Shown here: in pieces, positions 1-10,034 of the stretch
Layout of the letters: each line of letters begins with the position of its first letter
Numbering within the stretch: position 1 is the first letter of the stretch
Source of the DNA: an uncultured Candidatus Saccharibacteria bacterium
GTDB taxonomy: Bacteria > Patescibacteriota > Minisyncoccia > UBA6257 > 2-01-FULL-56-20
DNA: 64,000 nt
Reading direction: 5' to 3'
NCBI GenBank assembly: GCA_965231155.1
Contig: OZ246418.1
Coordinates: forward strand, 110,850 to 174,849
Made by a program: the position numbers and the translations under genes
The notes under the pieces: model-generated
Database searches by the model: none
The model's input: only the letters and a program-made list of their open reading frames with translations
Told to the model about the DNA's origin: nothing

Positions 1-1566
1 CGTCATCTGCTTCACCCACTGTTTTATTTTTTCTTCAATGCGACAGAAGGGACAGCGTCGCGGTAATGGAAAGTTATGCTGACGCAAAAACTGCAACTCT
101 TGATTAGTGATTCGATAGCCTCGCGAACATGTTTTGCACTGAATGATTTCCTTCAAAATATCATCCCCCACATCTTTTATGTGATCGGGCAGTTCTTCAT
201 ACTTCTTGGTGATCTGATAATCACTGGCGGCGTTTTCAGCCCAGGAGAGACCTTGTTTCAGTGCCACTTCTTTCTCAAGCGGAAAGAACATGTGCGCAAA
301 CGTGTCGTTGTACTCATGGGGTGGAGTGGTCATCGGGAAAAACTCTCCATACTCTCCCCTGCGTTTCATATCCTCGATTATTTCTGCGGTTAATTTCTGA
401 TACTCTTCCTTCGAGTATTGCGTGTTCAAAACACAGTACTCTTTTCCCCGAAGCGCGCTACAGCCAAAAAGATTGGCGCCGGACATACAACTCTTGGAGT
501 ACTCCACATGATGACTGGCGTGGACGTCCTGACTGAACCGCACATTCGAGACGGCGTTACCGACAGTGATGCACTCATATATCAGCTCCGCTCCCTCTCC
601 CCAGTCGGTATAGTCATAGCTATCTTTGACGCTCGGATTTTTGATGAGCATCATAAACTTGCAGTTCTCGCAGTAGCCAGAGTCGTAACACTCTTTGCAG
701 TTCTTGGAATAAAACACGTAATTGCCGGTTGAGTTCTCAGAAAAATAATCATAGTAAGAACAAGGGATAGAGTTCCTCCAGACGGCCATGGCTTTCTCCT
801 TCATCTCTTCATACGTCTTATACGAACCGAGATCTATCTCTCCTCGTCTCTTTTCGTACTCTTCTTTGGTCAACTGTTCGTTGAAGAATACATATTTTTT
901 ATTGTAGAGATTGGAGGAGCCGAAAGAATCCTGCGCATTCCGAGAGTCTTTAATGAAATGGCAGTCGATGGAGTTGTGGACGTTACCACGAGAACCGTGG
1001 ACTCGGTTGTTGCGGAATCCGTTCATGCTGTCGTAGCAGTACTCACACTCCCAAAGGACACTACAGTCGAGCAATGATTTATCTCGGGCTAGGAAGAATC
1101 CGTACTGACAATCCTCGTCGTAGTCGGAATAGAAAATTAGATAGCAGTTCTTGGCGTGATCGCAGTGGTTGGTAAACGGCGAAGTCTCGGTGATCTCTTT
1201 GGTGACTGCTAGTCCTCGAATTGGCACGCGATGCATCTGCTCGTTGAACTGCTCGAAAAATGGCCGCGAGGAGTCGTATTTTATGCCATACTCCATCGGA
1301 TCCCACTTGTCCGACCACCAACACTCGGCACAGTAGACGGTGTACGGCGCTTCCGGCCGGTACATCGAAACCTTCTCCTCGTGACAGAGATCACACTTAC
1401 GCTTATATAGCCGCAACCCCTTAAACCAGGCCAGTCGTCGTTGCAAACGACACGACGGACAGTGGGTCGGCGGCGGCACTTGGATCTTCGTATAAAAATC
1501 AAAATCCTCCGGCTCAATCGGAAAATCAGCTTTACAACTCTGGCACTTTTTGACTTCTAGTTCCAT
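1..1566 (-). CDS. Cys-rich zinc-ribbon/solenoid-repeat protein, eighth paralog of the 36.7-48.8 kb array (3' end runs off the window)
   Basis: Not in the ORF track. Manual translation from ATG 1566 gives MELEVKKCQSCKADFPIEPEDFDFYTKIQVPPPTHCPSCRLQRRLAW...CDLC...YCAECWWSDKWDP, and the same frame ends ...FPLPRRCPFCRIEEKIKQWVKQMT at base 1. TATACT box 9 nt upstream. Confidence 0.93.
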   Translation of the reverse strand, partial: MELEVKKCQSCKADFPIEPEDFDFYTKIQVPPPTHCPSCRLQRRLAWFKGLRLYKRKCDLCHEEKVSMYRPEAPYTVYCAECWWSDKWDPMEYGIKYDSSRPFFEQFNEQMHRVPIRGLAVTKEITETSPFTNHCDHAKNCYLIFYSDYDEDCQYGFFLARDKSLLDCSVLWECEYCYDSMNGFRNNRVHGSRGNVHNSIDCHFIKDSRNAQDSFGSSNLYNKKYVFFNEQLTKEEYEKRRGEIDLGSYKTYEEMKEKAMAVWRNSIPCSYYDYFSENSTGNYVFYSKNCKECYDSGYCENCKFMMLIKNPSVKDSYDYTDWGEGAELIYECITVGNAVSNVRFSQDVHASHHVEYSKSCMSGANLFGCSALRGKEYCVLNTQYSKEEYQKLTAEIIEDMKRRGEYGEFFPMTTPPHEYNDTFAHMFFPLEKEVALKQGLSWAENAASDYQITKKYEELPDHIKDVGDDILKEIIQCKTCSRGYRITNQELQFLRQHNFPLPRRCPFCRIEEKIKQWVKQMT

Positions 1567-1703
1567 TTGCTTAGTAGTATACCGCTTTCTTTTCTGAGGC
1601 TCCAAATATTCCGAACAAACCTCATTTTGCCTCGTTTATATACTTTTGACTTCCCTATCGGGAGGACTAGAATGAGGGCATAAATCGTTATCCTTGAAGC
1701 ACT

Positions 1704-2345
1704 ATGGAACCAGAGAAAAAAGAATTCACCGCTGGCACAGCGCCATCAAAAAATACATTCGAGAGTCTTATGGAGGCAGTTAAAAACCCTGCCTTTATTC
1801 TCGGTATATTCGATTTACTTTTACTAACATGTTCGGGTATTTTTCTCTTGTTTGTTTTTAGAAGCGGCCCGAATGAAGCATTTTTTTCTCCTGATGTACC
1901 TTGGGTAAAACTACTATTCCTAGCCCTTTCATTTACTACTCCCTTTGTTGTCATCAACCTTATTCCCTTATATTTTGCGCTGCCCGAATATAGACTGAAA
2001 CCTAATGCCAAACTTGAAGATGCCTCTCCCGGTTTCTTTATGCTAGCTACATTCTCTATATTCTGGACGAGCTTTTTGATTTATATAATTTCAGGGTACG
2101 CTTATGTTTATAACGAGTTTGGAAGAAATAGTCTAAGAAATTTTGTTCTTGGGGAAGTTTTTCTAATTATATCGATCCTTTCATATGGCCTGTTCAAACC
2201 CCAACTCTGGAAAAAACTTACTGATAGCAAAGATCTCCTTATGTATCTCTTAATTATTACCATCCTTTTTATATTCGGAGGGATTGTTTTTTATAAGTTC
2301 CCCATCGAACAAACAATAATTTCTCTCTGCCAGTACGAAAGCTAA
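1704..2345 (+). CDS. hypothetical multi-pass membrane protein
   Basis: 213 aa ORF with about 5 hydrophobic segments; TTGACT-16-TAGAAT upstream. Confidence 0.7.
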   Translation: MEPEKKEFTAGTAPSKNTFESLMEAVKNPAFILGIFDLLLLTCSGIFLLFVFRSGPNEAFFSPDVPWVKLLFLALSFTTPFVVINLIPLYFALPEYRLKPNAKLEDASPGFFMLATFSIFWTSFLIYIISGYAYVYNEFGRNSLRNFVLGEVFLIISILSYGLFKPQLWKKLTDSKDLLMYLLIITILFIFGGIVFYKFPIEQTIISLCQYES

Positions 2346-2383
2346 CCTTCCAAAAAATAAAGTAATATAGTCCCAGTGATTTT

Positions 2384-2857
2384 ATGACCGCCCCTAGAAA
2401 ACCCACTAAGACTACAGACTCATACATTATTTCATATCCCAAAGAGATTGCGGATAAGTTGAAGCTCGTTCGGGCGACTATCAAAAAGGTGGCGACTCAA
2501 GCCACAGAAGCGATTAGTTATGGAATTCCGACTTTCAAGCTGAATGGCAATTTGATTCACTTTGCGGCTTTCAAAAATCATATTGGTCTTTATCCTGGCG
2601 CAGCCGGAGTAAAAGCTTTCAAGAAAGAGATTGCCTCTTATAGAACTTCTAAAGGAGCGATTCAGTTTCCGCTCGATAAACCCCTCCCCCTTCCTTTAAT
2701 AAAAAAGATTACACAGTATCGAGTGAAGGTAAGTCTGGCCAAGAAATCAAAAACCTGTAGTCGTGGACACCTATTCGAAAGAAGTAGTGAGTATCCCACT
2801 TGTCCCATCTGCTGGCCGGGTCGTTACAAGAAGAAAACTCCTGTGCCCAAGAAATAG
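2384..2857 (+). CDS. DUF1801/YdhG-like protein with C-terminal CxxxH...CxxC extension
   Basis: EAISYGIPTFKLNGNLIHFAAFKNHIGLYP and SKGAIQFPLDKPLP motifs; tail CSRGH...CPIC. Confidence 0.85.
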   Translation: MTAPRKPTKTTDSYIISYPKEIADKLKLVRATIKKVATQATEAISYGIPTFKLNGNLIHFAAFKNHIGLYPGAAGVKAFKKEIASYRTSKGAIQFPLDKPLPLPLIKKITQYRVKVSLAKKSKTCSRGHLFERSSEYPTCPICWPGRYKKKTPVPKK

Positions 2858-2919
2858 GTATAGGCATTCCTTCGATTCTTGAGATTGTATTGTTCTCAAA
2901 CGGACATTACAATCTCTTT

Positions 2920-4221
2920 GTGACAGTTCCAAAAAAACCTTACAAAATACTTATCGCTGAATTCATAATCTCCGACATTGTTACGGAGATTCCTTATCTG
3001 TTTAGTAAAGTTGGATGCACCGTCGAAGTTTTTTGTCCCAAAGAATCATTCCTGCTAAAAAACAAATACTGGAGTAACTGGCTTGAAAGTCCATATTCTT
3101 CGAAAGAGTTTTCCGAAAAACTCCAAAAGGTAGTCACTGAGAATTCATACGATTGGATCATCCTAGCCAATGATCAGACCATTCGTCTCATAAACGAAAG
3201 CATCTCAGATGATCTTCTGGCCAGAAAAATTCTCCCCCTCTCAAAGCTGGAGAATCGATATATGCTTGGTTCGAAAGCTGGTCTTTCAAGAATCTGCAAT
3301 GAAAATAATATCCTCACGCCCAAATACATTTCCTGTGAGAGTTCCGTTGACATAGAGAATGCGCCATTGGAGTTGTTCCCTGCCCTCCTAAAGATGGACC
3401 GGAGCGAGGGTGGAAATGGAGTTTTCTTATGCGAAGACAAGCCGATGGCACTCGATAAAATGAAAAATCTCTCTGTCGAAGAAAGAAAAGGACTTATTCT
3501 TCAGAAATATATTCCTGGTGATAATATTGCCGTCGAAGCACTCTATAAAAATGGCAAGTTATTAGCCTACTCCTATTCCAAGGTAATTCAGACAACTAAC
3601 GGGGAGTTTAGCCCCTCGATAACTCGAAGCTACTCCTCATGTCCGAAAATCGAAGACAGTTTAATCAAGATTGGAGAAGTCGTAGGTTTTAATGGCTTCA
3701 ATAATATGACATTTATGCGTACTGGAGAGAAGCATTTCCTCATTGAAGCTGATCCCCGTCCACAATCATGGTTTCGTCTAGGAGAATTTGGAGGTATGGA
3801 TTTCTCTCTGGCTATCGAAAACTATCTTATGGATCGATACGAACTAATGCGCCCAGATATACCACTGAAAACCTCCGACATAACGGTTCGACACTTCTTT
3901 AGAGAAATTAACTACTTTCTCCACAATGCTGACTTTCTTAATCTCTCCAAGTGGGTATTCAATAATGATGGCCGCTGGCGATTCATCCCTTGGTACGATT
4001 TCAAAGTGTTGGGAACAATGAGTAAAATACTAATACATAACTGCCTACAAGGACTGATTAAAAGAGTCCGCCTACAAAATCTATCACGACTTCTACTCAA
4101 GGGTCGGTCAAGAACCTTGGTTATTCACGAAAAAATTAATGGACGGAAAATGCCCAAAGTGTCATCACCCTATGCCCCCGAGACAGAAGATGAAAACAAC
4201 CTATTCTCCAAAACATTCTAG
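2920..4221 (+). CDS. ATP-grasp domain protein
   Basis: FPALLK..SEGGNGV, LILQKYIPG and LIEADPR ATP-grasp motifs. ORF track starts at 2800; in-frame GTG 2920 lies 6 nt after TACAAT and avoids overlap with the upstream gene. Confidence 0.8.
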   Translation: MTVPKKPYKILIAEFIISDIVTEIPYLFSKVGCTVEVFCPKESFLLKNKYWSNWLESPYSSKEFSEKLQKVVTENSYDWIILANDQTIRLINESISDDLLARKILPLSKLENRYMLGSKAGLSRICNENNILTPKYISCESSVDIENAPLELFPALLKMDRSEGGNGVFLCEDKPMALDKMKNLSVEERKGLILQKYIPGDNIAVEALYKNGKLLAYSYSKVIQTTNGEFSPSITRSYSSCPKIEDSLIKIGEVVGFNGFNNMTFMRTGEKHFLIEADPRPQSWFRLGEFGGMDFSLAIENYLMDRYELMRPDIPLKTSDITVRHFFREINYFLHNADFLNLSKWVFNNDGRWRFIPWYDFKVLGTMSKILIHNCLQGLIKRVRLQNLSRLLLKGRSRTLVIHEKINGRKMPKVSSPYAPETEDENNLFSKTF

Positions 4222-4228
4222 GGGTAAT

Positions 4229-4265
4229 AAAAAAGCCTCGTTGCCATATGCGATAACGAGGACTT
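4229..4265. terminator. intrinsic terminator between convergent genes
   Basis: CCTCGTT...AACGAGG hairpin preceded by an A-run (T-tract on the minus strand). Confidence 0.6.
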
Positions 4266-4279
4266 AGTTCGTTTATAGA

Positions 4280-4720
4280 CTAACGACGAGAGTGGCTTCT
4301 CCGTTTCACGACGAGATCATCAGAAACAGGAGGAAGTCGATACTCACGGGGTGGTTCTCCTGGCTGGCCAGAGAACATAGGCATTCCTGGGCGAGACTCC
4401 ACCCTACCTTCGGTGACCAGTTCTCGCAGGAGCCTGATGAAAGGCAGGCTGAGTGAAAATCGCTCTTCTGCGGATAATCCCTTCTGAGCAAGCAGAACTT
4501 TCAATGCCTCCTCAGAAGTCCGCCATAGCCTTTGACTCAAGGCTTGCAGAACGTCATCCTTAGTCAGTAAGACTGGTGGTTGGTACGCAATGAAACCACC
4601 AATCAGACCCATGAATACTGCGACAAAGCCACTACTTGGAAGATCCTCTCCGAGCAAGAAGCATGTCACTAGAAAACTTGCGCCGCCTAACAAGGAAGCG
4701 CCAAAAAGACCGAAAACCAC
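4280..4720 (-). CDS. orphan protein, two N-terminal TM helices plus possible winged-helix-like C-terminus
   Basis: GGAGGT SD upstream of in-frame GTG 4720 (track start 4729); TTGACG-17-TTTAAT at 4777-4749; LRELVTEGRVESR...REYRL resembles a wHTH end. Confidence 0.6.
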   Translation of the reverse strand: MVFGLFGASLLGGASFLVTCFLLGEDLPSSGFVAVFMGLIGGFIAYQPPVLLTKDDVLQALSQRLWRTSEEALKVLLAQKGLSAEERFSLSLPFIRLLRELVTEGRVESRPGMPMFSGQPGEPPREYRLPPVSDDLVVKRRSHSRR

Positions 4721-4787
4721 TGCACACACCTCCGAAAAAGCTGAACCTATTAAAACTTGCCACCATCAAAACGTCAATATACATCCC

Positions 4788-7700
4788 TTAAGATACCCTT
4801 CCCTCTCGCGCATCCAAAAGATCCTCCTCGAAGGCAAGAACTCCCTTTAAATCTTTGGAGTATTTCTCGACTTCCGGAAACTCTAGGTTTTTTACCTTTT
4901 TAAAAACAATCTGAATCAAGGCAGTGAGGCGATCAACCTCTGATTGCTCAATGACTAATGGGAGTTCGATAATCCTCCCCTTCAACGGTTCCACGAAATC
5001 CAAAACTCCCTCGCTGACGGTATACTTTCCTCCAAAATCTCGGGAGTGTTCGACTAATAATTTATAGAAAACTAACTGACGACGATAGTTGTGAAGTTTT
5101 ACTTTTTCGTAGGCGTCTGACGACTCCCATTCTTCGACAGGGTGACCGGTTTTTAGATCTCGGACGATGAGCTCGTTTGGACCCTTCGTCACAATCCGAT
5201 CGATCTTTCCATTAATATGCGCTTCGCCCAGGACAACTCCCTGATGACGAAAGTCCATCTCAATTCGATCATCAACACGAAACTCGGTCTGCTTTTCTTT
5301 ATAAAAAGTTGTCAGCGCCTTCTCTCCTCTCGAAAGACACCCCTTCAGATCGCGTTCGGAAAGACGCTGTCGCTCTATGCGGTAGTTATACAACTCCAAG
5401 AGGCGCTCGACTGGAGGGAGAAGATTTTGATTCTTAAACTCGGCATAGAAATCCTCTACTGCGCCGTGGACTGCTGAACCGAAAGAACCAGAGACAGTCT
5501 TCGCCTGAGGAAATCGCAACAAGTTCTGCTCTAAAAACTTCATCGGCCCACCGTCTCTGACATTCAAAAAATTATTTAAGTGAGTAACGCTCATCTGATA
5601 ATCCTTCACCAACTCCGAGAGAAGTGCTGACTCGTCTGGCACATAAGGACCGCGATTATATGTCGACCAATCAACGGAAAGAATTTCGACTGGATCGGCA
5701 ATAGCTCCTTTCTCTTCAGACGAAACCAGGAGAGCTGACTGTAGACTTTCGGACAGGTGTTCATCTTCGGCTGAAGTGAGAAATCGAAGCGGCATTGATT
5801 CCTTACCACTCTCTGTCCGTTCGTACGCGGTAAGATAAAGCCACTTCTTGGCCCTGGTGAGTGCCACATAAAAAAGACGCAACTGATCATCAAGCGTATC
5901 CCCCGCAGGAACAATGGGCAGGTTTGAAGGAAATGGCAGGAGTGAGGCAAACGGAGCACGAGCCCAGATCTCGTCCTGACAGTTCACCACGAAGACCACC
6001 TCAAACTCCAAACCCTTGGCTTTATGTGCAGTCAGAAGATGGACAGCATCGGTGGAGGCAACAAATGGACTCTGATCGGTAATCGGTAAATTGTTTTTCT
6101 CATGGATATCAATAAACTCGACCAGATCACTCATCTTCAAAAACTGTCCTTGTTTATACTCGCGAAGCGACTGCACAAAAACTCGCAAACTGGAAAGGAA
6201 ACTTAAATACTCAGCCTTGCGCGTCTGTAGCTTCTCGGGACTAAAATAGTAGTTACGAAATGGGCTCGTAAACTTACCATCTTCGGTGACTGGCAAAACC
6301 TCATCCTCGTCCTCTGACTCAGTAAGCAAGGAAAGGTGTGAACCGACCAAACTATCAATAATCGATTCTACTGGCTCATACTTTGCTCGATTGCGAAGTG
6401 CTAAGAAAAATTCAGCAATCGCCTGTATCTTCGGATCACTATGACGCACCATCCCATCGAGCCACAGAGCATGTTCCTTGGCAGCGCCACTCGATAAATT
6501 CCACAGAGTTAGACGATCAATTCCCCAGAAGGGGTAGCTCATGATCTCTGATAAATACACATCAGCAGTACGTGGATCGCTACTCCCGAGAGCTTCAAGA
6601 AAACGACCCATCTGAATGATCTGACGCACATGTGGCTCTAATAAGACATTCCGCTGTCGCTCGTAGGCCACTGGAATCTTCGTCGCTGAAAAAAACGGAA
6701 GGAGCGCTTCGAGATCTTTATGTTGTCTGGCGATGATGGCGATTTGATCAGCGGGCACTCCCTTGTCGATTATTCGGCGAACTTCTTGGGCAATCCAGTG
6801 ATACTGATGAGGACTCGAAGAGAAACTCTTATTTGTAATAGCGCCCACCTCTAAGCCCTCACCAGCCGCCACCAGATCCTTCCGTAATCCTTCGATGCGA
6901 TTCTCTAAACGATCACCCCCCTTCTGAATAACATATCGCGCCAAGTCTAAAATATCCTGACGGGAACGGTAGTTGTGAGTAAGCGTGATAATTTTTGGTT
7001 CGCGATATTTTTTACCAAAGGCAAGAATATTTGAAATCTCCGCGCCCTGAAATTTAAAAATTGCCTGATCATCATCGCCCACGGCCATAATGTTGGGACG
7101 TCCCTCGTGCACCTCAAGGTCGGTCAGATAGTGAAGTAGTTGCATCTGTGCATCGTTCGTGTCCTGGAACTCATCAACAAGTAAGTACTGGAAACGTTCC
7201 TGAAGCTCATATCGCAAAGCATCATTTTTCTTAAGCGCCTGAAGTACATCAAGGAGCATGTCATCAAAATCAAAATACCCCCGTTCATGCATACGGTTGA
7301 GATACTGCTCATAAACCTCGGCCAACGCCTTCATCTTTTCCAGATACATAGCATCCTTCAGCACTCGACGTCCCTCATCATTCTTTTTCGTCCACGCCTC
7401 CTTCCAGGCAGAAAGTGATGCGGTCTTCCCCTCCTCTTCAGTTCTCAAGATAGCGTCATTAAGAGATCTCCCGACCGCCTGGGAAAGTGACTGATACACA
7501 CCGACCGGTAGTGAAGGCTTTTGCGCGACCACGCGTTCAGCAAATTCTTTAATCTTCGGAAGTAGTTTCATGCTCACCCGCTCATCAAAAACGGACATAC
7601 CCTTATCTATCTCTGCGAGTGCTTCTTCGTTATTTTTCAGAATCGCCTGAAAATCTTCGGGATTAAGACCAGCACGTTTCAGCTGTTTAATACCGTCCTT

Positions 7701-8156
7701 AATCGCCTTCAAATAAGTAAACCCTTGCTCCGGATGAACCTTCTTCAATGGATTGTCATGAGAAAGTTTGTGGATCACGCCCTCAAGAACTTCGGTCTGA
7801 GTCAGATCATCAGCGGGTAGAAAAGAAGCGCCGTCATAAAAATATTCGGGATACCGATTGATGACATCAACACTGAAACTATGGAACGTATAAATAGGAA
7901 CACGGTAAGCGTCTCGTCCGATCAACTCCGCCAACCGACGACGCATATTCAAAGCCGCAAAGTCGGTGAAGGTGAGACAGAGAATATTACTCGGATGGGT
8001 ATCGGTGTTTTTAAGAATGTGCGCCACCCGGAGACTCAAGACTTCCGTTTTTCCGCTCCCCGGACCAGCCACCACTAGAACGGGGCCTTCGATAGTATCA
8101 ACCACCTCCTTTTGGCGGTCGTTCAGTTTTTTGTATCGCTCGAGAAATAAAGACAT
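4788..8156 (-). CDS. UvrD/PcrA-family SF1 helicase fused to a C-terminal PD-(D/E)XK nuclease (AddA/AdnB-like)
   Basis: AGPGSGKT Walker A, LVDEFQDTN, VGDDDQAIF, TAHKAKGLEF, LFYVALTRAK; C-terminal GKIDRI..DLKTG..QLVFY. Confidence 0.93.
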   Translation of the reverse strand: MSLFLERYKKLNDRQKEVVDTIEGPVLVVAGPGSGKTEVLSLRVAHILKNTDTHPSNILCLTFTDFAALNMRRRLAELIGRDAYRVPIYTFHSFSVDVINRYPEYFYDGASFLPADDLTQTEVLEGVIHKLSHDNPLKKVHPEQGFTYLKAIKDGIKQLKRAGLNPEDFQAILKNNEEALAEIDKGMSVFDERVSMKLLPKIKEFAERVVAQKPSLPVGVYQSLSQAVGRSLNDAILRTEEEGKTASLSAWKEAWTKKNDEGRRVLKDAMYLEKMKALAEVYEQYLNRMHERGYFDFDDMLLDVLQALKKNDALRYELQERFQYLLVDEFQDTNDAQMQLLHYLTDLEVHEGRPNIMAVGDDDQAIFKFQGAEISNILAFGKKYREPKIITLTHNYRSRQDILDLARYVIQKGGDRLENRIEGLRKDLVAAGEGLEVGAITNKSFSSSPHQYHWIAQEVRRIIDKGVPADQIAIIARQHKDLEALLPFFSATKIPVAYERQRNVLLEPHVRQIIQMGRFLEALGSSDPRTADVYLSEIMSYPFWGIDRLTLWNLSSGAAKEHALWLDGMVRHSDPKIQAIAEFFLALRNRAKYEPVESIIDSLVGSHLSLLTESEDEDEVLPVTEDGKFTSPFRNYYFSPEKLQTRKAEYLSFLSSLRVFVQSLREYKQGQFLKMSDLVEFIDIHEKNNLPITDQSPFVASTDAVHLLTAHKAKGLEFEVVFVVNCQDEIWARAPFASLLPFPSNLPIVPAGDTLDDQLRLFYVALTRAKKWLYLTAYERTESGKESMPLRFLTSAEDEHLSESLQSALLVSSEEKGAIADPVEILSVDWSTYNRGPYVPDESALLSELVKDYQMSVTHLNNFLNVRDGGPMKFLEQNLLRFPQAKTVSGSFGSAVHGAVEDFYAEFKNQNLLPPVERLLELYNYRIERQRLSERDLKGCLSRGEKALTTFYKEKQTEFRVDDRIEMDFRHQGVVLGEAHINGKIDRIVTKGPNELIVRDLKTGHPVEEWESSDAYEKVKLHNYRRQLVFYKLLVEHSRDFGGKYTVSEGVLDFVEPLKGRIIELPLVIEQSEVDRLTALIQIVFKKVKNLEFPEVEKYSKDLKGVLAFEEDLLDAREGRVS

Positions 8157-8259
8157 CTATCCCTCCATAATCGACGAAAATCGTGGGGGTGTCTAGTGAG
8201 GATTACTACTCGAAATCGAAGAAAAACACATCTTCGTTGATATATGTATAATGGAAGAT

Positions 8260-9408
8260 ATGGAACCACTCGCCTCCCAGATACGCCCAGAGAAGCTCGA
8301 GGAGTTTATCGGCCAGGAACACCTGGTGGGACCAGGCAAACCTCTCTACCTGGCAATTAAAGAGAAGCACATTTTCTCATTCCTTTTGTGGGGACCACCA
8401 GGAGTTGGCAAGACAACACTGGCTAAGATCTACGCCAACTCTCTGAATGCTCATCTCTATGAACTCTCGGCGGTTTCAGCGGGTAAGGACGACATCAGAA
8501 AAATCGTAGAAGAGAAGGACACACTTTTCACGGGACCAAAAGTTCTTTTCTTAGATGAGATTCATCGCTTTAATAAAGCCCAGCAGGATTTTCTTCTTCC
8601 CTATGTGGAACGCGGTAGTCTAGTTTTGATTGGCGCCACCACCGAAAATCCAAGCTTCGAGGTAATCCCGGCGCTTCTCTCTCGTTGTCGCGTCTTTATC
8701 CTCAACGAACTGACCGACGAGGATATGCGAAAGATTATTGACCGCACAAAAATAAAAGTTGATAAGAAAGCTAGAGAATGGCTCATCGCGATGGCCAATG
8801 GTGACGCTCGACAGGCAATTGGCGTACTAGAAAACGCGGTACAACTGTATAAGAAAATCGACCTCGAAGCGCTCAAGAACACAATCCAAAATAAATTCCT
8901 TCGTTTCGATAAGAAGGGCGAGGAGCACTACAACGTCATCAGTGCGTACATTAAAAGTATGCGTGCGAGCCAACCTGATGCCGCGCTTTATTATTTAGCT
9001 CGCATGCTGGAATCGGGCGAGGATCCAAAATTCATCGCGCGACGAATGGTTATTTTCGCTTCGGAAGATATTGGCATGGCCCAACCCACCGCGCTTGTTG
9101 TCGCCAATGAAGTTTTTCAGGCTGTCGATACTATTGGAATGCCCGAAGCAGCGATCAATCTGGCACACGGTACGGTCTATCTATCAGTTGCCTTAAAAGA
9201 CAGAAGTACCTACAGCGCCTACTTCACTGTGCTTGAGGATGTAAAAAAATATGGCAATCTACCTATCCCAATGGAAATTCGGAATGCTCCTACTAAACTT
9301 ATGAAAAGTGTTGGCTATGGAAAGGGCTATGAAGCCTATACTGAGAAAAGTCTCCTCCCAGAGAAGTTGCGGGGTAAAAAATACTTCCCAAAAAAGAAGT
9401 CGGCCTAA
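8260..9408 (+). CDS. rarA: replication-associated recombination protein A (RarA/MgsA AAA+ ATPase)
   Basis: WGPPGVGKTT, LDEIHRFNKAQQD, IGATTENPSFEV, ASEDIG, RNAPTKLMK. Track ATG 8251 overlaps a TATAAT box; ATG 8260 is 7 nt after it. Confidence 0.95.
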   Translation: MEPLASQIRPEKLEEFIGQEHLVGPGKPLYLAIKEKHIFSFLLWGPPGVGKTTLAKIYANSLNAHLYELSAVSAGKDDIRKIVEEKDTLFTGPKVLFLDEIHRFNKAQQDFLLPYVERGSLVLIGATTENPSFEVIPALLSRCRVFILNELTDEDMRKIIDRTKIKVDKKAREWLIAMANGDARQAIGVLENAVQLYKKIDLEALKNTIQNKFLRFDKKGEEHYNVISAYIKSMRASQPDAALYYLARMLESGEDPKFIARRMVIFASEDIGMAQPTALVVANEVFQAVDTIGMPEAAINLAHGTVYLSVALKDRSTYSAYFTVLEDVKKYGNLPIPMEIRNAPTKLMKSVGYGKGYEAYTEKSLLPEKLRGKKYFPKKKSA

Positions 9409-9432
9409 CTCCTGTGGTATAGTAAAGTTCAT

Positions 9433-9981
9433 ATGAAAAAAATACTTATATACGCTGCTGGGGCGCTCATCATGCTTGTGGGTGGATTCTTCGCCTTGAA
9501 TAGTTATATCTACAAAGAAAAACAGGGGGACCAAAAGCCAGCGCTTAGGCCCCAAGATACGACTTATATTGTAGAAGGAAAAGTAATTCAGTTAGCCGAT
9601 GGTGTTTCTGAAATCGAAGCAGCGCCTGGATCAGCTTCAAAAATAACCACCCGATATTTTGGCAATGAGGCAACCTATGACTTCGACCAGGATGGCCGAC
9701 TCGACACCGCGCATCTCATCACTCAAGAAACGGGAGGTAGTGGTATTTTCTACTATGCCGTCGTTGCGCTCAATAAAGAAACTGGCTATGTCGGATCGTC
9801 AGCCTTTTTCTTAGGAGACCGGATCGCCCCCCAGACAACCGAAGTAAGGCCTGATGGCATGGTGGTGGTCAACTATGCTGAACGAAAACCAGACGAACCA
9901 ATGTCTACTCGTCCATCAATCGGCGTTAGTCGATATCTTGTCTTCACCGATTCTTACCTTAAAGAAGTTTCTGTAAAGTAA
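9433..9981 (+). CDS. hypothetical exported/membrane-anchored protein
   Basis: N-terminal TM, DFDQDGRLD acidic loop, TGGSGIFYY and LGDRIAPQ motifs. Confidence 0.75.
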   Translation: MKKILIYAAGALIMLVGGFFALNSYIYKEKQGDQKPALRPQDTTYIVEGKVIQLADGVSEIEAAPGSASKITTRYFGNEATYDFDQDGRLDTAHLITQETGGSGIFYYAVVALNKETGYVGSSAFFLGDRIAPQTTEVRPDGMVVVNYAERKPDEPMSTRPSIGVSRYLVFTDSYLKEVSVK

Positions 9982-9982
9982 T

Positions 9983-10016
9983 AAAAAACCGCACACCTCA
10001 CAAATGAGGGGCGGTT
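9983..10016. terminator. intrinsic terminator between convergent genes
   Basis: AACCGC..CCTCA-CAAA-TGAGG.GCGGTT hairpin with 5' A-run. Confidence 0.6.
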
Positions 10017-10034
10017 GATAGAAGTTCAGGGTTA

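Noticed and set aside
76-1517. Short ORFs listed by the track at the window start
   Set aside because: They are shadow frames of the real minus-strand gene 1-1566.
4721-4787. Apparent frameshifted N-terminus (MYIDVLMVAS...) for the 4280 gene
   Set aside because: The segment is better explained as a TTGACG-17-TTTAAT promoter plus a GGAGGT SD before GTG 4720.
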